NCBI GenBank assembly: GCA_037925075.1
Contig: JAXSNR010000001.1
Coordinates: forward strand, 608,001-672,000
Direction of reading: 5' to 3'
From: Aquificaceae bacterium
GTDB taxonomy: Bacteria; Aquificota; Aquificia; Aquificales; Aquificaceae
Length of the DNA stretch: 64,000 nt
Shown: positions 58,664-64,000 of the stretch, piece by piece
Layout: the number at the start of each line of letters is the position of its first letter
Position numbering within the stretch: position 1 is the stretch's first letter
Notes under the pieces: model-generated
Databases searched by the model: none
Told to the model about the DNA's origin: nothing
What the model saw: only the letters and a program-made list of their open reading frames with translations
Position numbers and translations under genes: made by a program

Positions 58664-60461
58664 TAAAGGCTTTGGGAAGATCGCTTAGATTTTTTATCCT
58701 TATGGCACTTCCCTCAAAGTAATACTCGCTGTAATTTCTCTCTATGCCAACACCGATGCCTATTATGGGTATTCTTGCCTTTATTTGCCTTATGAGGTTT
58801 TTTAGCTCCTGACCCCTTAGCCCCCTTGTAGGCTCTCCATCGGAAAAAACCACTATACAACCCTTTATACCCCTTTTTAGGCAAAAGCTCTGCACATCTT
58901 CGTAGGAGTACAAAAGGGCTTTTTCAAGGTTTGTGCCTCCACCAAGCATGTGAAAAAGCTCAACTATCTTCCACTTCACACTTCTATAATCTTCTGAAAA
59001 CTCCTTTAGTCTAAAAACTCTATCTGAAAACACATCTATAGAGAAGGGCATCCTCAGGCTTTCTATGACTTCAGAAAAGAGTATAAGGGCTTTTATGGCA
59101 TTTCCCATCTTGTCCTCTCTTTTCATAGAAGAGGATATATCTATAAGAAGCTTAAAGGAAAGCTCCTTTCTAATCGGTTGCTGTCTTCTCATGTATATTC
59201 TTCCTCTGCCAAGAGGTGCTTCCACGCTTAGGCTTTTGTTGTCAATCCTTCTACCAAAGAAGTGTTTTCCACTCCAGTTTTCTTCTTCTTGTGGCATTAG
59301 CTTGACCAACTTTCTTTTTAGGGCTTCCACGTGCGGAAGAATTTCTGAAAGCCTTCTTCTGTATGCCATGAAGTCCTCTTTGCCAAGTCCGTAAGCCTTT
59401 TCGTAAAGTTTGTCCTCTTGTGTTTTTTCCCTTGTACTCTTTCCAAAGCCAGATTCACTAGAAGAGGTGGATTGCTCTTGCCAGCCTTTTAGGATAAAGC
59501 TTAAAAATCCTCTGTGTTCTATATCCACCTCAAGGGTTTTGGGTAAAAAGTGCCTTATAAACCCCACGTCCCTTTCTATCATATCTATGTAAGACATCTG
59601 CCTTAGGTAATCCTTCATCCAGTCTGGAACAGCTCTTAGGCTTTTGAGTATTTCCCTTCTTTCTACCTCTGGTATATCCACCGCACTTTTTTCTTTGTTT
59701 TGTCTTATGAGTTCTTGAAGATGTTCCGGTAGTTTTTTTAAAAGGTCTGTCATAATCCTTCCCTTGTGGGCATCTTTTCTTACCTTTCCCCTTGCCTCTT
59801 CCAAAAGTAGGTCAATAAAGTTTATTTCTTGTGCCTTTTCTATCTGTGCCATGTATTTGCCAAATAAGTCTTCCATAATCAGATCGTAGGCGTCTTTGCA
59901 CTTTGAAGTTAAATATTCTTGAAGAAACCTTTGGGCTTCCTTTTGATATTGTCCTTCTCCCAGCCAGTTTTCCAAAAAGGACAGGGCAAAAAGGTGGTGG
60001 GGATAGTAGGTTTTCAGGTCCTTTAGAATTGCCTTGTACCGCTTCTTTATGGCGTTTTGACTATTTGGATGCTTTTTTATGAGACCTTCATCTGTTTTTA
60101 TGGACTCCAAAACAGAATAAAGCACCAAAAAGGATGTGGGAGTAAAACCAAACTTATAAAACTCCCTCTGCCCAAGCCTCCACAGATAAAGGTCCGTGCT
60201 AAAAAGGTATTCTATCTCATGCCTTATGGTGTCTATGGCTTCCTCTTCTGGTTTTCCAGACAGCTCCTGAAGGTAAAAAACAACTCCATAGGGTCTTTTT
60301 ACCGGTTCTGGCACCTCTTCCATCTCCCCCTTTGCCCACATTTCTGTAAGGGGTAGAAACTTTGGGTCATAGCCTGCTCCCCATCCCTCGTAGCTTGCTT
60401 GAACCTCTATGTGGTATTCTTCAGAAAGAAGCCTTTCTATTATCTTCCAACGCTCTTTCAC
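58617..60461 (-). CDS. von Willebrand factor A domain protein (CobT/NorD-like)
   Basis: MIDAS DISSSM, GGGT, VFSDGEP; N-terminal HE motif. Confidence 0.85.
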   Translation of the reverse strand: MKERWKIIERLLSEEYHIEVQASYEGWGAGYDPKFLPLTEMWAKGEMEEVPEPVKRPYGVVFYLQELSGKPEEEAIDTIRHEIEYLFSTDLYLWRLGQREFYKFGFTPTSFLVLYSVLESIKTDEGLIKKHPNSQNAIKKRYKAILKDLKTYYPHHLFALSFLENWLGEGQYQKEAQRFLQEYLTSKCKDAYDLIMEDLFGKYMAQIEKAQEINFIDLLLEEARGKVRKDAHKGRIMTDLLKKLPEHLQELIRQNKEKSAVDIPEVERREILKSLRAVPDWMKDYLRQMSYIDMIERDVGFIRHFLPKTLEVDIEHRGFLSFILKGWQEQSTSSSESGFGKSTREKTQEDKLYEKAYGLGKEDFMAYRRRLSEILPHVEALKRKLVKLMPQEEENWSGKHFFGRRIDNKSLSVEAPLGRGRIYMRRQQPIRKELSFKLLIDISSSMKREDKMGNAIKALILFSEVIESLRMPFSIDVFSDRVFRLKEFSEDYRSVKWKIVELFHMLGGGTNLEKALLYSYEDVQSFCLKRGIKGCIVVFSDGEPTRGLRGQELKNLIRQIKARIPIIGIGVGIERNYSEYYFEGSAIRIKNLSDLPKAFTRIIENQARRLLAFQ

Positions 60462-61306
60462 TTTTCTCCTATCACCATTATGGCTCCCGGTCTTTTTATG
60501 CGCGGAGCGACTATTTCCATCACTCTAAAGTTATGCACCATGTTGGTAGATTCCACATAAGCAAGACTAAAGTCAAGCCCTATCACAAGGTCCATGTTTT
60601 GAGGTCCTGCGGAAATAAGAAGAGCCTTCTTTTCAGGCATTATAGGTGTGTGATATACCTCTGAGACAAGCTTTTTAATCTGCTCCATCTCAAGCAGTCC
60701 CGTGTTGTGATAGACCCTGTTAAGTTTAAAATAGTCCTTAGGATTTAGAATAAGGTAGTAGGGTCCATAAAAGCCCATCTCCGAAAGCTTTGATATTCCA
60801 AGTGATACATCGTTAAAGGCATTGCCAAGCACATCCCAGTCGCTCATGGACATGCTTTGCCTTCCCTCTACCGTCAAAAGACCTTCAATCTCCAGCTTCT
60901 GATTTCCGTGAATTATCAAGGTATCTTCCGCAACCGCGGTTGCAAAGGTGGCAGCTGATGCCTGAGAGATATCAATAGGTAGGTTAAACTGTCTGAAGTA
61001 TTCAAGGTCCCTCCATGTTATGGAAAAGGGTTTGTAGATGGTGGGAAGAGTTATATGTCTTCTTTTTCCTGTCCTTACTGGCTCGCAAGCTTCGCTTTCC
61101 TCACCTGGTCTTACTTCACAAACTCCAGGCTCCACGCCCAGATAAACATCGTAGGATATTACTTGATGTCCCACGCCTATGGGACCTACGACCGGCATAA
61201 ATCTCCTACATATTAAAGTTTTTTGGGCTACATCTATAATTGCCTTTTCAAGCTGTTCCCATTCTTCAAATGTTAGTGGTGATTGGTCTTTGCCTAAAAA
61301 GTCCAT
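60458..61306 (-). CDS. Family 1 encapsulin shell protein (linocin M18 type)
   Basis: MDFL...PLT.EEW, RRF..V.GP.G.G, AEDTLI, GLL, GPY.L, MDLVIG. Confidence 0.9.
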   Translation of the reverse strand: MDFLGKDQSPLTFEEWEQLEKAIIDVAQKTLICRRFMPVVGPIGVGHQVISYDVYLGVEPGVCEVRPGEESEACEPVRTGKRRHITLPTIYKPFSITWRDLEYFRQFNLPIDISQASAATFATAVAEDTLIIHGNQKLEIEGLLTVEGRQSMSMSDWDVLGNAFNDVSLGISKLSEMGFYGPYYLILNPKDYFKLNRVYHNTGLLEMEQIKKLVSEVYHTPIMPEKKALLISAGPQNMDLVIGLDFSLAYVESTNMVHNFRVMEIVAPRIKRPGAIMVIGEK

Positions 61307-61321
61307 CCTTCACCTCCTACT

Positions 61322-62362
61322 TTAAATTATACGCCAGTATTCCTCAAAAGCTATCCACGTCTTTGGAATTATTTCCCTTAGGTTGTCCCACCTTTTCATG
61401 TGCCTTTTTCTCTTTTCTGATGCCCTCCAAAGGGTATGCCCAAAAACCTCCTGTGCTTCTTCTTCAAACGCCTCTAAAGCCCCTTCCAATATAGCTTTAC
61501 CCGCCATGTCTCCTGATAGGACCGCATTGGCTATTCCGCTACCGGTTATAGGATGGCAAAAACCGCCCGCATCTCCAACAAGCAAAACTCTGTTTCTAAC
61601 CAAAGGAAGTAGTCCATCCGCAGGTATCCACCCTCCCGTCCTCTTTAATATCTCCTCTTTCACTATACCTTCTTCTACCACTTCCTCTATAAACCTTCTT
61701 AGGCTTTCCATCACATTAACCCCGTAATCGGGATCAACGCCCACGCCTACGTTGGCAAGCCCTCCCTTTGGAAAAACCCAACCATAACCACCGGGAATGT
61801 AATCCCTGAAGTATATAAGAAGGTCATCAAGTGGCTTGGTGAGTTTCATGGTAGCCTGAGCGGTGGTAAGAAAGTTTTCTGTTCTTTTGCCCGTGAGCCT
61901 TGCTACCTTTGAACGCGGTCCATCTGCACCTACTACAAAGTCCGCCTTTACCGAGAATCTTTCTCTTGTATCTATGTTCTCAAGCCATACAAGACCATCC
62001 TCAAAGCTCAAAAACTGGGTCCTAAGCAAATAAATTACACCCCTATCCTGTGCAAGCTGGGCTATGTGATTGTCAAAGATTTCCCTGTTTAAGACAAAGC
62101 CCTCAGACCACATGCTTACCACTTCGCCCCAAGGTGTGAAATGCACCATGTTTTTTACCTTTTGGGCTATGGCTTCCTGTGGGAAAAACTCCTTGAACTG
62201 GTGCTTTAGCTGTATAGGAACAAACTCTGCACATTGCACAGGCTTTCCTATGCCTTTTTTTATATCCACCACTAGCACCCTTTTGCCAGCCCTTGCAAGC
62301 CTGTAGGCACAAGAAGACCCAGCTGGACCTCCTCCTACTATGAGTACATCAAACCTTTTCAT
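61322..62362 (-). CDS. Geranylgeranyl-reductase-like FAD oxidoreductase (LipT-like)
   Basis: GGGPAG, VQCAE, GADG, GYGWVFP, GDAGG..P.TG.GI. Confidence 0.75.
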   Translation of the reverse strand: MKRFDVLIVGGGPAGSSCAYRLARAGKRVLVVDIKKGIGKPVQCAEFVPIQLKHQFKEFFPQEAIAQKVKNMVHFTPWGEVVSMWSEGFVLNREIFDNHIAQLAQDRGVIYLLRTQFLSFEDGLVWLENIDTRERFSVKADFVVGADGPRSKVARLTGKRTENFLTTAQATMKLTKPLDDLLIYFRDYIPGGYGWVFPKGGLANVGVGVDPDYGVNVMESLRRFIEEVVEEGIVKEEILKRTGGWIPADGLLPLVRNRVLLVGDAGGFCHPITGSGIANAVLSGDMAGKAILEGALEAFEEEAQEVFGHTLWRASEKRKRHMKRWDNLREIIPKTWIAFEEYWRII

Positions 62363-62627
62363 GTTTTTTGTTGAAAAAACTTGAAGGCTTAAACCCTATA
62401 CTGTGTCTTCCTTCCACATACATCTCTATACCCGTTTTGGGATTTTTTATAAACCTTCCGCTAAGCTTCCTTATCTTGAAAATGCCAAAACCCCTGAGTT
62501 CAAGTCTACCTTTTTCAAGAACTATATTAACAATCTCCTCAAAAAAACTGTCAACAAAGAGTTTTGCATCTGCCCTGTTTATGTTAAACTTCCTTCTAAG
62601 GCTTTCTATCAGGTCTGCTTTTTTCAT
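62349..62627 (-). CDS. Integration host factor / HU family DNA-binding protein
   Basis: MKKADL, ELRGFG.F, NPKTG, FKPS. Confidence 0.88.
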   Translation of the reverse strand: MKKADLIESLRRKFNINRADAKLFVDSFFEEIVNIVLEKGRLELRGFGIFKIRKLSGRFIKNPKTGIEMYVEGRHSIGFKPSSFFNKKHEKV

Positions 62628-63054
62628 TCTTTTCCTCCACATAAAAGGTTCTTACTCGCGAGTTCTTACTCGTGGCAACTGCTCTGTCTTCTTTTCTGTA
62701 GTAAATTATCTCTTCTGCTTCAACAAAGTTTTGACCCTCTTCCACCTTTGCTTTACCTTTGAGGGTTATGGTATCCTCTTTTAGGTCATAAACCATTTTG
62801 TCCGCCGAACCTTTTCTGTTTCCCTCCGTGTATCTTACTCTCCCTTCCGCTTCTATTAGCTTTGCCTTTTTGCTTTCATCAAGGTGTATAACCACCTTAT
62901 CTGCTGTAAGAAGTGCGTTTCCTCTGGTTAGCCTCACATTTCCGGAATAAACTATTTTTTCTTTTTCGTAGGTTAGGCTATCCGCTTCACCCACTATGGG
63001 CTGTGCAAAAAGCATAAGAGGTAAAAGGCTTGTAAAGAGTATTAACTTCTTCAT
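62596..63054 (-). CDS. lptA: LPS transport periplasmic protein LptA
   Basis: OstA beta-jellyroll pattern (YSGNV, LTADKV, AEGRV); kdsC-lptC-lptA order. Confidence 0.85.
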   Translation of the reverse strand: MKKLILFTSLLPLMLFAQPIVGEADSLTYEKEKIVYSGNVRLTRGNALLTADKVVIHLDESKKAKLIEAEGRVRYTEGNRKGSADKMVYDLKEDTITLKGKAKVEEGQNFVEAEEIIYYRKEDRAVATSKNSRVRTFYVEEKNEKSRPDRKP

Positions 63055-63542
63055 TCCATGCTTACCTTCGCCCTATTAATTATAACCCTCAGGGGTTTTA
63101 GTTCTATTTCAAACCCCCTACCTTTTATAAGGTTATTACCCTGCCATATCTCCACCTCTCCATCCCCCCATATCTTACCTTCCCTCAGGTTTACATAAGC
63201 GGACTGTGTCCTTGCCCTAAGGTCTTCAGACTTTACCTCCACTCCCTGCGTTAGCCTTCCTTCGCCCGAATGTCTGTCTATGTACGCCTGATTAGCTCTT
63301 ATATTAGCCTCCTCCGAAAAAAGCTCCGTTCGAGAAAGCTTAACATCCTTACCCACTACTTCAAGGGTCTTGCCCCTTATGGTCCACTCAATGCCCGTCT
63401 TGCTGTAGGCTTTTATGGTCACACCTTCAAGATGGTTTACCATTTCTTCTTGTTTTTTGTAGGACACAAAGCTATTTACGTATAACTTAAGAGTGTAAGC
63501 AAGAAAGATGATAAGAATACTAAAAAGCAAGCTCCTAAGCAT
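63051..63542 (-). CDS. lptC: LPS export protein LptC
   Basis: N-terminal TM plus beta-rich domain; conserved gene order. Confidence 0.72.
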   Translation of the reverse strand: MLRSLLFSILIIFLAYTLKLYVNSFVSYKKQEEMVNHLEGVTIKAYSKTGIEWTIRGKTLEVVGKDVKLSRTELFSEEANIRANQAYIDRHSGEGRLTQGVEVKSEDLRARTQSAYVNLREGKIWGDGEVEIWQGNNLIKGRGFEIELKPLRVIINRAKVSME

Positions 63543-63999
63543 AATAATAGCTTATTATCTCCTCCCATTGTCCCCTTAGCTTTAGTAGAAACTCTATTGC
63601 ATCCCTCACCGCACCATGTCCACCTTTTGACTCTGTTATGTAGAGGGCATGTCTTTTTATCTCCTCTGGTGAATCTACCACAGCCATGGGAAAGCCAACT
63701 CTTCTTAGAATTGGAAGGTCCACATAATCATCCCCGAGAAAGGCAATTTCCTCTGGGTTCAGTGAGAGCCTGCTCATGATGTCCTCAAGGATTGGAAGTT
63801 TATGGCTATAGCCAAGATGCACCTCATCCACCTCTAACTCCATTAGCCTGTTGATAAGTGCCTTACTTTTCCTGCCAGATATTACACCAACCTTTATACC
63901 AGCCTTCTGAGCCAGCTTTATACCAAGCCCATCTTTTACGTTAAAGACCTTTATCTCTTCACCCCTTGATGTGTAGTAAAGCCTTCCATCAGTAAGAAC
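63535..63999 (-). CDS. kdsC: KDO-8-phosphate phosphatase (5' partial)
   Basis: Frame extends to the window end: VLTDG...FNVKDGLG, ISGR, GDD..D, GGHGAVR. Confidence 0.9.
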   Translation of the reverse strand, partial: VLTDGRLYYTSRGEEIKVFNVKDGLGIKLAQKAGIKVGVISGRKSKALINRLMELEVDEVHLGYSHKLPILEDIMSRLSLNPEEIAFLGDDYVDLPILRRVGFPMAVVDSPEEIKRHALYITESKGGHGAVRDAIEFLLKLRGQWEEIISYYYA

Positions 64000-64000
64000 A

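Noticed and set aside
936..63779. Numerous 60-185 aa ORFs nested in or antisense to recognised genes (e.g. 3404-3928, 4438-4941, 11156-11665, 57218-57769)
   Set aside because: Shadow frames of genuine CDSs; no RBS or domain signatures.

Overview
A 64-kb chromosomal segment from a hydrogen-oxidising, thermophilic Aquificaceae-type bacterium (Hydrogenobacter/Thermocrinis/Aquifex-like). This assignment is inferred from citryl-CoA synthetase, the DHH-CBS A-adding enzyme, Trbp111, the tmRNA tag and the hydrogenase types. 2-21.7 kb is a large hydrogenase/nickel cluster: a cytoplasmic group-2d-like hydrogenase, an O2-tolerant membrane-bound group-1d hydrogenase, hypA-F/hoxX, TetR, NikR and a Nik ECF transporter, with a shared 14-bp operator. 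Housekeeping genes follow (dnaJ, mrcA, ccsA, tRNA-Ala, A-adding enzyme, a frameshifted K+ channel, tmRNA). The accessory stretch (33.2-47.8 kb) holds the most interesting locus, a two-gene operon encoding a PD-(D/E)xK nuclease-SF2 helicase fusion and a 770-aa orphan whose C-terminal half reads as a highly divergent Argonaute-like MID-PIWI module, i.e. a candidate DdmDE/pPIWI-RE-analogous guided defence system. That stretch also holds a direct-repeat-flanked sigma54 sensing island and orphan genes. The last part contains dnaE, lipS2/lipT-like genes, comM, a repeat-rich non-coding region that may be oriC, bioB, an encapsulin coupled to a vWA gene, and ihf-lptA-lptC-kdsC. All calls come from reading motifs by eye; no database search was run.
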